Part shown: positions 12,831-24,360 of the stretch, in pieces
Layout of the letters: every line of letters starts with the position of its first letter
Numbering within the stretch: the first letter of the stretch is position 1
NCBI RefSeq assembly: GCF_006345805.1
Contig: NC_043021.1
Location: forward strand, 5,766,001 to 5,830,000
Length of the DNA stretch: 64,000 nt
Reading direction: 5' to 3'
Origin: Octopus sinensis
Lineage: Eukaryota
Notes under the pieces: model-generated
What the model was told of the DNA's origin: nothing
Database searches by the model: none
What the model saw: the letters and a program-made list of their open reading frames with translations, nothing else
Translations under genes and position numbers: made by a program

Positions 12831-13185
12831 CCAATTCATATAGCCTTGATGGAAACCTGAAAGACCTCTGCTAGCAATAAATAGCAGCTTTAATAGCCGG
12901 ATATGTGTTGCATTGTCATAAAAATTTGCAAGTCTCCTTTTATAAGATAGGATCTGGTTTAAATAACTCTAATTTTATTGGTTTGCCTTTTTACATATTT
13001 TTCATGTTCCGACTAGATATTTACTAAGATAAATATTTTAATTATTTTTACCTTTTCTCTTTTATTCTTGATTGTCTAATTTCATGTTACTGAATGCCAA
13101 TTTGTACAACCTATGCATAAGTACACTTGAACATATGTGTGTATGTGTGTATGTCTATGTGCGGATGTTCGTTTCAATTTCACAG

Positions 13186-13330
13186 ACTAAATTCACCTGC
13201 ATTCCGCATCTGCTGTCTCTTGCTCACCCCCACCTCCAACTCTGTTGATTTAGCTTTCTTTTCCCCGGAGACACAAGGTGCCATAAATTATCTTTACAAC
13301 TGCCACACTTCCGAACTTCAAATTATAAAG
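13186..13330 (+). CDS. Probable preceding exon of the Yellow-like gene (LNSPAFRICCLLLTPTSNSVDLAFFSPETQGAINYLYNCHTSELQIIK)
   Basis: Acceptor tttcaatttcacag, donor AAG|GTAATT, open frame. LYNCHTSELQ fits the Yellow LY.V.TS.LR pattern. Phase 0 joins the 16325 acceptor. Confidence 0.45.
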
Positions 13331-14858
13331 GTAATTTATGTACCCCACCCTCAATGTTTTTGTAGTTCATTATTGTATTAAATATGCTAAAACTTTTGGT
13401 GTACAAACTTAAACTAAATCAACTGCATTCATGAATAAATATTATTGCATACATGCAAAATGTGTTTGTAGCAATTAAAAAACATTCTTTTGTGTCACGA
13501 GTTACGCTCATCAGACTACAGCCAGCCTGGGGCACCATCATGGAAGTATTTAATCAATCATATCAACCCTAGTACTTTTTTTTAAAGTTTGGCATACTTC
13601 TATTATTGATCCAAGTTGTGTGGGACAGAAACACTGACACAGATACAAATGTAAACATGGTGTGAATATTGTTCATGTCATGCAACTCTCAAACACCTGA
13701 ACTTTATAGTCTTGTTAATCAAGTTTCACCAACTTTGGATTAAATGTTTCAAGTAGATTTTGGCATTTCATCTCAGGGGAAGTTGAAAGGTTACCTGCAA
13801 TTTGGATCTCAGCCATAAACCAGCATGTTTTGGAATATTTACACTTGCATCCCCGCAATAAATTTTCAGAATTTACCATATAAAAATGACATTCGAAAAA
13901 ATTGCCTTTCTTTTGCAGTTCAGTGTATAACTTGTAAACAAGATCACTACCTAATTATGACACCAGTGTCTGTCCTGGCACTGTTTTTTTCTCTATATTG
14001 CTAGCAGGGAGATGAGTTGCTGCTATCTCTAGTGGTCAAGTGTCCATCACTGATGAGAAGGTTGAAATCATGTGATCTGGTGGTCTCGGTGCTGGAGGTG
14101 GCAGGGATTTATCTCCCCGCTAGCGATATAAACAAGAGTGCATCATTCTCCAAAAGCCAATATGAGAAGTTCTCTCATGATATCTACCACAGTATAGTTT
14201 GTTCTAACAGAACATCCACATTTAAGTGGGCATAAATATTGCCTCTCGGTATTAATACTGCCTCTGTCACTTACGTATATTTTTCATGACATGGGAGAGG
14301 AGGACCATATGACATGCTGCAGCTAAACTGGAAAGGAAACTGCAAGGCTGCAGAGCTGAAAAAACCCAGAGATCCAACTAGAGAAAAGCAGAAAAAACAG
14401 CCCAGGGTTGAAAGCAGTGGAAAAAAGTTGTTGATGGCTTCTGCTTCATAGGGAGTGAAAGCTTTAAGTGATATGAATGAAAGGAAAGAGCTTAGCCTGT
14501 GACACCCATCTGATGGGTTTTTCTCTTGAAACCAGAGACTTGGCCCAAATACTTGTAACAAAGTGAATTCTGCTAAAGGCATCTAAGTGTCAGGTGGTAC
14601 TGTTAATCTGAACACATTATTACAATACAACAAAAACTCTTGCACTTTTGTAGCACTGGTAGTTGCTAATTCATTTTCTGTTCATGTTTCATTAAATCAA
14701 CATTATCTACCTCATGCTTACTAATAAATACTTCATTGCTATCTCATATTCCTTCACACATGCTTATTACTTATTTCACCTTGCTCGTTACCTCTTCATC
14801 GTCAGTTCATGTTACTAATTCTACATAATTTTCTCTTGTTGCTAATTGTTTCTCTGTG

Positions 14859-15230
14859 TGTGGAGGCGCAATGGCCCAGTGGTTAGGGCAGCAGACTCGC
14901 GGTTTCGATTCCCAGACCGGGCATTGTGAGTGTTTATTGAGCGAAAACACCTAAAGCTTCACAAGGCTCATGCAGGGGGTGGTGGTGAACCCTGCTGTAC
15001 TCTTTCACCACAACTTTCTCTCACTCTTACTTCCTGTTTCTGTTGTACCTGTATTTCAAAGGGCCAGCCTTGTCACACTCTGTGTCACGCTGAATCTCCT
15101 CGAGAACTACGTTAAGGGTACACGTGTCTGTGGAATGCTCAGCCACTTGCACGTTAATTCCACGAGCAAGCTGTTCCGTTGATCGTATCAGCTGGGACCC
15201 TCATCGTCGTAACCGATGGAGTGCTCCTAT
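14859..15230 (+). mobile_element. tRNA-derived SINE family B (copies 25733-26112, 48555-48940, 62547-62927; variant tails 24513-24794 and 58920-59212)
   Basis: Head tggaggcgcaatggcccagtggttagggcagc..gtttcgattccc; this copy is flanked by a ttctctgtgt direct repeat. Confidence 0.88.
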
Positions 15231-15373
15231 ATTCTCTGTGTATTGTTAATCACTCCCTCATTATCTCATGTTACTAATTGTTTTCACTTTGTTATTTTAT
15301 GTTGGTAATTACCTCCCAAATGATATTTCACATTGCCAATTACTTCCCTTATTTTTAATACTCATGCTGACCA

Positions 15374-16165
15374 TTGCCTCTTTTGCGGATTCTATGGACA
15401 GCAAGGCTCACCAATGGAGAAGTCCTTAAGCAGATCAGGCTGAAAATGTTGCTAGAAGCTGGGATCACCAAGCTTAGATTGGCATTTTTCGGTCATATTA
15501 TGCGGAGAGAATTCCTGGAGAAGGACATCATGCTCGGAATGGTCAGTGGCAAGAGAGGAAGAGGCCGACCAAGAACCCGCTGGCTTGACACCATCAGGAG
15601 TGATACCGAAATGGACATGGCCAGTCTGAAAGAAGTGGCCCAGGATTGAACTGACTGGAGGACACTGATCCAACGAGTGACCGAGAGTCGACTTCGACTG
15701 AGTGGATAGATAGATAGATATATATTATATATACGGAATGGTCAGTGGCAAGAGAGGAAGAGGCCAACCAAGAACCCGCTGGCTTGACACCATCAGGAGT
15801 GGTGGACATGCCCACAAAGTCAGAAAACAACACAGCTCCCATGATTTTCGGAAACATTTCTTCACACTCAGAGTTGCTGAAGCATGGAATAAACTGCCTG
15901 CGTCAGTTGTTGACTGCCATGACACTGCATCCTTTAAGGCCCTCATACTTTCCGAAATCCGTCAAAACTACACCTGATTATATATACACTTTCGATGAGT
16001 TGTAGTGCACCTGAGCACTGTACACAATGTTTTATTATTATTATTATTATTATACCGGAATGGACATGGCCAATCTGAAAGAAGCAGCCCAGGATAGAAC
16101 TGACTGGAGGACACTGATCCATCGAATGACCGAGAGTCGACTATGACTGAGCGGATAGAGAGAGA
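15374..16165 (+). mobile_element. Two tandem RTE 3' ends, the second split by a CR1 3' fragment (15802-16051)
   Basis: FFGHIMRR..GMVSGKRGRGRPRTRWLDTI occurs twice; CR1 HFFTLRVAEAWNKLP with (TTA)n tail; RTE resumes at 16052. Confidence 0.82.
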
Positions 16166-16324
16166 TTTTTAATACATCATAATTTTTTTCGTTGTCGATT
16201 CATGTTGCTAAGTTATTGCTAATCTCGTCCCATGTTGCTAAGTTATTGCTAATCTCGTCCCATGTTGCTAAGTTATTGCTAATCTCATTACCTTCTCTCC
16301 TTCTTTTCTCATTGCAGCTTACAG

Positions 16325-16762
16325 AAAATTCGTACTATTGGAACGAAATTGGCAAAAGGATTTGGCATGTTGATGGGGTGGAGGTACATGTACCTGACAG
16401 GTGTCGAGGATAAAGTGGTGTATGTTTGGGACCGCAACGCTGACCTGGAGAAGCAGAAAGGTATCGTCAAATATGCTGGCCTCGTTACCATGGAAACACA
16501 GAAAGAACTGAAAGTTAGCCCCGAGCTCTCCTTGCACCCGGGAAAGATGTCCTTTGACAATCACGGGAACCTGTGGATCATAACTACGGATTACCAGTTG
16601 TACTTCAGAAATTCCACGGAGGGCGAAGGCTACGAGACAAAAATTGTGAAACTAAAAGTCGATGACTCAAGGGAAAAGCGAACCACTTCGACAGCAGCTT
16701 TGGACCGGAAGCTCCTTATATTGTTAATAATTGCCACGGTTATGTTGTGCATTGTTTTGTAG
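16325..16762 (+). CDS. Yellow/major royal jelly protein (MRJP) family protein, terminal exon
   Basis: Open frame KIRTIGTKLAKGFGMLMG..YVWD..TMETQKEL..MSFDNHGNLWIIT..LYF follows the C-terminal propeller blades of Yellow proteins. It is preceded by a strong pyrimidine tract and AG (16317 or 16324), ends in TAG, and has AATAAA at 16814-16819. Confidence 0.75.
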   Translation, partial: KIRTIGTKLAKGFGMLMGWRYMYLTGVEDKVVYVWDRNADLEKQKGIVKYAGLVTMETQKELKVSPELSLHPGKMSFDNHGNLWIITTDYQLYFRNSTEGEGYETKIVKLKVDDSREKRTTSTAALDRKLLILLIIATVMLCIVL

Positions 16763-17384
16763 GAATTTGACAAAAAGAGTTATGTTATGACTATTAGAAG
16801 AAGGATGCAAAAGAATAAAGTAGAAAGAGGAGAGAGAATGTGAGTGTGTGTATTTTATTATTTTTCAGTGTCTGCTGTTATAGTTGTTGTTGTTGCCTTG
16901 TTTCCAACAAGAGGAGTTTCAGGTAATACAAGTGATCCTAGTTTTAAGCATAAATTCATGTACATACTTTATCACCACCACCTCCACCACCACCATCATC
17001 ATCAATTTACGTTTGCTTTTTGCCTACTGGCTTGAATCAGATTGTTCTATTCCAGTAAAAATTCTTGTCACTCCTGAACATCCTTTGTCATCAGATTCAC
17101 AACAACAACGCCGGAATATTGCTTATCTTTATTGTGCTAGCATCGATTAGTTCAGCAGTTCTCAAATTGAACAAATACCAAGCTACCTCCAGCAAAAAAA
17201 AAGGAAAAAGAAGCATAGTTCTTTTAGCATCTGTCCCTTCTTTATGGATGAAGACAAAACAGAGCTTGCACTGTATAAATTTTCTTCTTTGATTACCATA
17301 GTTTGGACAAGTTTACAAAGTTTAACCCTTTCATTACCGTATTTGTTTTGAGATGTTCTGTGTTTCTTTCAATTACTTTAAATA

Positions 17385-17525
17385 TTAGGTTGTCCCAAAA
17401 GTTCGTAAACACTTGCGAAAATTGAATTTTTACTCGCCAAGTACTAACAAAAACAACAAAAATTATTCCTCAAAATAAAGACCATTATTTTCCAAGACTT
17501 TCTACGAACTTTTGGGACAACCTTA
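17385..17525. mobile_element. 141-bp Tc1/mariner-type MITE (second copy 56566-56706)
   Basis: TIR ggttgtcccaaaagttcgta, TA duplication on both sides; this copy sits inside MITE family 1. Confidence 0.88.
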
Positions 17526-18399
17526 TATAACAAAGAATTTAGTAAAATAACTTAGTTATCGTTAAGCTAGTGTTAGGAACATAAATTGTGACTAAGATTT
17601 GGTAGAAGATTTTAATTCAAAACTTATGGAAGCAAGACATTTGTACTCAGAGCCAGAGGTAGTTTCAGCCAGATTGGTATCAAAAGGGTTAAACAGGCTT
17701 TACATTTGACAGATTAATCTGAATGCTAAAGGGTTAAGCTAGTGTTAGGAACATAAATTGTGACTAAGGTTTGGTGGAAAATTTTAATTCAAAACTTATG
17801 AAAATAAGACATTTGTACTACAGGGCCAGAGCCGGTTTCAGCCGGGTTGGTAACGAAAGGGTTAATACTATCTTAATTTTATTAAACATGGCAATTTATC
17901 CAGCAGCTTTTCAATCCTTAAAAGCTCTTCTATGAGAAACACTGAAACAGCTCCATTTCCTCACGACCCCTTAGCTACTGAAATGTGTAAGAGGCTGCCA
18001 GGATTGGTCTTTAGTCAACCCATTTTCCCCTGTATCAGTTTTTATTCAGATTTGCAACACTTGTAAATGAGTTCACTTTGCTGCAGCTTGTACAGTTTCT
18101 GTTTTGCGACTACGGGAGAGATCTTTACATTAAGTGTTGCGTTGTATTTGTCCCATGTGTCTGTCTGACAGCTCTAGAAATGTCACCTCCAACACAGCTG
18201 AGAAACTGCATTTCTTTGTGATGTAGGAGATTACGTTATGACACTGGTCATAAAGCCAACATTCATAATGCTCGTGGCACAGTTGTTTAGACAATAGATG
18301 ATGACGTGGCTGGTGTTTATGAGAGGATTGTCTTTGTGTCTTGTGTGTGTGTGTGCATACATACATACACATATACACACATACACTTCTCTATCTATC

Positions 18400-19700
<1,301 letters not shown>

Positions 19701-20111
19701 AAATAAATCTTTAAAATGTTTCATCCTCAAAGCTGCGGTCAGATATATACATACCACACACACACATGCACATACATATATAATGGTGGTTGTTGAACTT
19801 GTCCATGTGTATAACCATAACTGACAAATTATCTTATCTTAAAGATAAGGTAGGACAGTGACCGTTACCAATGCCTGTGCTGAAATTTAAAGTCAATAAC
19901 AACTTGTGCAACACTACTAAGACATCTAGCTTTTGTTTTTCATCCTGTGGGGTGTCCAACAAAAATTGCCCTCCTTACCAGGCAAGCTTGGCAGGATTGC
20001 TGGTTTAGTCACTGACACCACTGCCATGCGACGGGTTGTACCGCATTACATGCTGCATACGCTTGCATACATACATACATACATACATGCATGCAGGTAC
20101 AAGCATACATA

Positions 20112-20508
20112 TCTTTATATATAAAAGTAAGGTTGTGTGCTGTCTGTCTCCTACGATTTAGATTCCTAACTACTCCCACATTTTGCGGTGCAGTTTAACC
20201 AAAACCGGGTATCTTATAGTCATGATTCATATCGAGCCCTTCTGGGTATTAGCGCGCGTCTACGATGAGTCTACGATTTAAAAAAAAATTTACCATCAAT
20301 CTTTCCCATTTTTAATGCATTTTTGGCATATATAAGGGAAGTAACTCTCTAAAAATTTATTATTAAATCTCAGAACGTAAAAAGCCACAGTAACACCCCT
20401 CGCTTTGTGGTTAGCCATATTGAGATGGCTATTATACTTTACATCTCTAAAAATGCTTATATAGTTATTTCCCTTACAAACCCGAGCAACGCCAGGCGAT
20501 ACTGCTAG
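20112..20508 (+). mobile_element. Non-autonomous Helitron (near-identical copy 40356-40746; related element 37454-37821)
   Basis: A|TC start, 3' hairpin cccgagcaacgcc(a/g)gg, CTAG|T end, no TSD. Confidence 0.85.
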
Positions 20509-21059
20509 TACTTATATAAATATAAATATATAACGTAAAGTATACTAGCCATCTCAATATGGCTAACCACAAAGGGTGGGTGTTACTGTAGCTTGTAGCC
20601 CCAGGAGAATATCGTCTCCAGCTGGCTTTAGGCACACTTTCTGTGCACTTATGATATTTGCAAAGGGAGGTCATCCCTCTCTCGTAAACCTAAGTGATAC
20701 GCACGGACTGCAGTTTCGAGGTAATTTGCCTCTTGTCAGACAAGAGGCAAATTAAAATGCCCGTGTGTTAGATTGTAATTAAAGGCTGCTAGTCACCACT
20801 CTTCACAAGTTAACCCTTTCATTACTGTATTTATTTTGAGATGTTCAGTGTTTCTTTCAATTAATTTTAAATGTAACAAAGAATTTAGTAAAACAACTTA
20901 GTTATCATTAATCTAGTGTTAGGAACATAAATTGTGACTTAGGTTTGGTGGAAGGTTTTAATTCAAAACTTATGAAAACAAGACGTTTGTACTCAGAGCC
21001 AGAGCTGGCTTCAGCCGGGTTGGTAATGAAAGGGTTAAACAGGCTAAATTCCTACCTGA

Positions 21060-21575
21060 CTTGTCCATTACTCTGATGTCTCCTGTTCTGTGGAGTGGGC
21101 ATTTTTGGCTGTATTACTTTGAAGTTGTTCTGTTAACACTTGTTCACTTGAGTGGGCTTTTCTATCAGCTGAGACTCCAACCTCTGTTGTTTCTGCTCTG
21201 GTGTCTCATGTTTCCTCAAGTGGACTTGTCTATCAGCCGAGACTCCAACCTCTGTTGTTTCTGCTCTGGTGTCTCATGTTTCCTCAAGTGGACTTGTCTA
21301 TCAGCTTGAGACTCCAGCCTTTGTTGTTTCTGCTCTGGTGTCTCATGTTTCCTCAAGGGGACTTGTCTATCAGCTTGAGACTCCAATTGCCATCATTTCC
21401 ACTCTGGTGTCTTTTGAGCCCACAAGCAGGCTCGACTGGTTGTTACAAACTGAAGTTATACTTCTCATTGCTCTTGTGTGTCCAGGGCATCTCATTGTCT
21501 CTGAAATTGGAGCCTGACCTGCCTTTCTTCTTATGCTTCCCTAGCCCTTCGACCTCTGGAGTGTCAGTCATCAGA
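21060..21575 (-). mobile_element. Degenerate Helitron-like N-terminal coding fragment with 68/69-bp repeats
   Basis: Minus frame RRAREA*EERQVRLQ..HETPEQKQQRLESQADRQ repeats resemble ETPEQR..RL repeats of Helitron Rep/Hel N-termini; stops present. Confidence 0.5.
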
Positions 21576-22594
21576 TGATTGAAAAGTATTATTTTGGCTT
21601 TTATACATCATATCAAATGTGAAATATATAAAAAAATCAAAAATAAATTCCATAACATCCAAATCAATTTTTTGTTATTTCTAAATTCAATCATGTGGCT
21701 TCCTAAGCTTCGTAAAAATCGGTCCAGTATGACAATTTGTGTTCTATACACAGGAATTCATATGATTATACAAAAACAAACAAAACAAATTTTAGTGTTT
21801 GATTTAGCTGTTGTTTTTAGCACATTTCATAACCCTCCTCATTTGTTTTACAATCTGATGTATTGCTGTTTTGCAATATTTTTCTCCCCCCCATGAACAC
21901 ATTTAATGGTCTTTGGGATAACTGTGATTTAAAAAGAAAACGCAAAAAAATATTTTAAAAAGTTAAAAAATAAAAAAAAAATTTTTAATTAAAAATAAAA
22001 AAATTTTATAGCTGTGTGAATTCCTGTGTGTAGAATATAAATTCATAAAAATTTTCTGAAAATTCTAAAAAATAAAAAAAGTTACAAAGGGTTATATGGG
22101 GTGCTTAAAGTAGAATTCCACATCTTATTGTGTCTAGGGAGGGTTATTAAGCCAATAAAAATTAAACACACACACTGTTTCAATACCACTGCTTTATTTT
22201 ACCAACTGACTAACTATTCAATTGTTTGTTTAATGTGTTGATTGAACATTCAATTGGTTGTTAGTTTTCTCTGTCAGAGTCCTTTCATGACCTCCTCACT
22301 GATATGCCCTCTTCTAGATCTGCTTTCGGTCTGTCTGAGGACTAGTCTGTAAGTGTGTGTGTGTGTGTGTTTACTTAGGTACATGTATCATATGCATGTA
22401 TAAGTGGATTAGCCCATTTTTTAAATAGGTAAGAGTCTGTGTGTATGTTTGTGTGTTTGTTCTTGTGTGCATGTGGATTCCCATGTGTGTGTGTGTGTAG
22501 GTGTGCATGTCTATATATATTATGTGTTCATTCTTGTGAGCATGTGTTCCTCTGTGTGTATGTGTGCATATCTATATGTATTGTATTCATTCTT

Positions 22595-23180
22595 GGTGAG
22601 CTGGCAGAGACGTTAGCACGCCGGGCGAAATGCTTAGCGGTATTTCATCTGCCGCTACGTTCTGAGTTCAAATTCCGCCGAGGTCGACTTTGCCTTTCAT
22701 CCTTTCGGGGTCAGTAAATTAAGTACCAGTTATGCACTGGGGGCCGATGTAATCGACTTAATACCTATGTCTGTCCTTGTTTGTCCCCTCTATGTTTAGC
22801 CCCTTGTGGGTAATAAAGAAATAGGTATTTCATCTGCTGTTACATTCTGAGTTCAAATTCCGCTGAAGTCGACTTTGCCTTTCATCCTTTCGGGGTCGGT
22901 AAATTAAGTACCAGTTATGCACTGGGGGGCCAATGTAATTGACTTAATCTGTTTGTCTGTCCTTGTTAGTCCCCTCTGTGTTTAGCCCCTTGTGGGTAAT
23001 AAAGAAATAGGTATTTCATCTGCTGTTACATTCTGAGTTCAAATTCCGCTGAGGTTGACTTTGCCTTTCATCCTTTCAGGGTCGGTAAATTAAGTACCAG
23101 TTATGCACTGGGGCTGATGTAATTGACTTAATCCGTTTGTCTGTCCTTGTTTGTCCCCTCTATGTTTAGCCCCTTGTGGG
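22595..23180 (+). mobile_element. SINE family C (Deu/Nin-like core) with tandemly triplicated body; other copies 9398-9549, 24908-25310, 41257-41491, 41983-42211, 55340-55860, 56180-56370, 58335-58530, 60698-60930, 61480-61920
   Basis: Core gcctttcatcctttcggggtcgataaattaagtaccag resembles the Deu/Nin domain; 20-bp TSD at 41237/41492 and 16-bp TSD at 60682/60931. Confidence 0.85.
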
Positions 23181-23269
23181 CAATAAAGAAATATATATGT
23201 CTTGTATTCATTCTTGTGTGTGTATGTATGCATGGCTGTGTCTGTGTGTGTGTGGTTGTGTTTAGCTTC

Positions 23270-23400
23270 TCAGCTAAACTCCTAGAAGTCTCCCCGATGT
23301 ATGCCATATTCCAGTTCTTACAATCACCCTCCATGCATTTTGTATGGTAGCCTGTACTCCTGGTCTTCCAGTCTTCTTAAAAGTACACTGGTAGGAGTAT
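23270..23400 (-). mobile_element. Penelope-like GIY-YIG endonuclease fragment
   Basis: Y..C..DC...MAYIGETSRSLAE motif. Confidence 0.6.
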
Positions 23401-24129
23401 AATGACAGCAAACAATCGTCAGTTCTCTACCAACATGCCACATAGCATTATTATCATTATTATTATTATTATTATGGCTAATTTCTAATCAGGACTACAG
23501 CAACATAGGCGCAGGAGTGGCTGTGTGGTAAGTAGCTTGCTAATCAACCACATGGTTCCGGGTTCAGTCCCACTGCGTGGCATCTTGGGCAAATGTCTTC
23601 TGCTATAGCCCCGGGCCGACCAATGCCTTGTGAGTGGATTTGGTTGATGGAAACTGAAAGAAGCCTGTCTATACATGTATATATATATATGTATGTATGT
23701 GTGTGTTTGTGTGTCTGTGTTTGTCCCCCTAGCATTGCTTGACAACCGATGCTGGTGTGTTTACGTCCCCTTCACTTAGCGGTTCAGCAAAAAGAGACCG
23801 ATAGAATAAGTACAGGGCTTCCAAAGAATAAGTCCCGGGGTCGATTTGCTCGACTAAAGGTGGTGCTCCAGCATGGCCACAGTCAGATTACTGAAACAAG
23901 TAAAAGAGTATGTGTGTGTTTGTGTGTCTGTGTTTGTCCCCCTAGCATTGCTTGACAACCGATGCTGGTGTGTTTACGTCCCCTTCACTTAGCGGTTCGG
24001 CAAAAAGAGACCGATAGAATAAGTACTGGGCTTCCAAAGAATAAGTCCCGGGGTCGATTTGCTCGACTAAAGGCGGTGCTCCAGCATGGCCGCAGTCAGA
24101 TGACTGAAACAAGTAAAAGAGTAAAAAGA

Positions 24130-24360
24130 GAGTATAGTCCTGCCACACTTCTCAGTCCATCATCACTGCCTCCAGGTCCTGAATATGTTCCAGGTCAGTG
24201 TCTGCAAGTTGTCGATGTAAGTGTGACAACATTTCTCTCTTCTTACATCACCATGAAGTGGGTTCCACAAGACTAATTTGGATGCTTCCAGTCCCAGGTG
24301 GACCGCACACTGACCACCTAGTCACAATCATCTTTGCCTGATCTTCTCACTGTGTTGATG
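24130..24360 (-). mobile_element. RTE LINE 3' fragment
   Basis: Degenerate WEPLHG..TYIDNL..DTDLEHIQDLEAVMMD.EVW. Confidence 0.55.

Noticed and set aside
13794-14400. Minus-strand open segments with GT donors (DLVYKLYTELQKKG..; SSLAAACHMVLL..)
   Set aside because: Weak or ambiguous acceptors, no recognisable family, and the chain meets a stop in the next candidate exon. Could be decayed TE.
14859-14930. tRNA-like sequence with A and B boxes
   Set aside because: Head of a multi-copy SINE with a non-tRNA body and no complete acceptor stem.
22278-22348. Plus-strand AG/GTAAGT-bounded 71-nt segment
   Set aside because: Lies past the Yellow-like stop and poly(A) signal, has no partner exons, and may belong to the Helitron relic.
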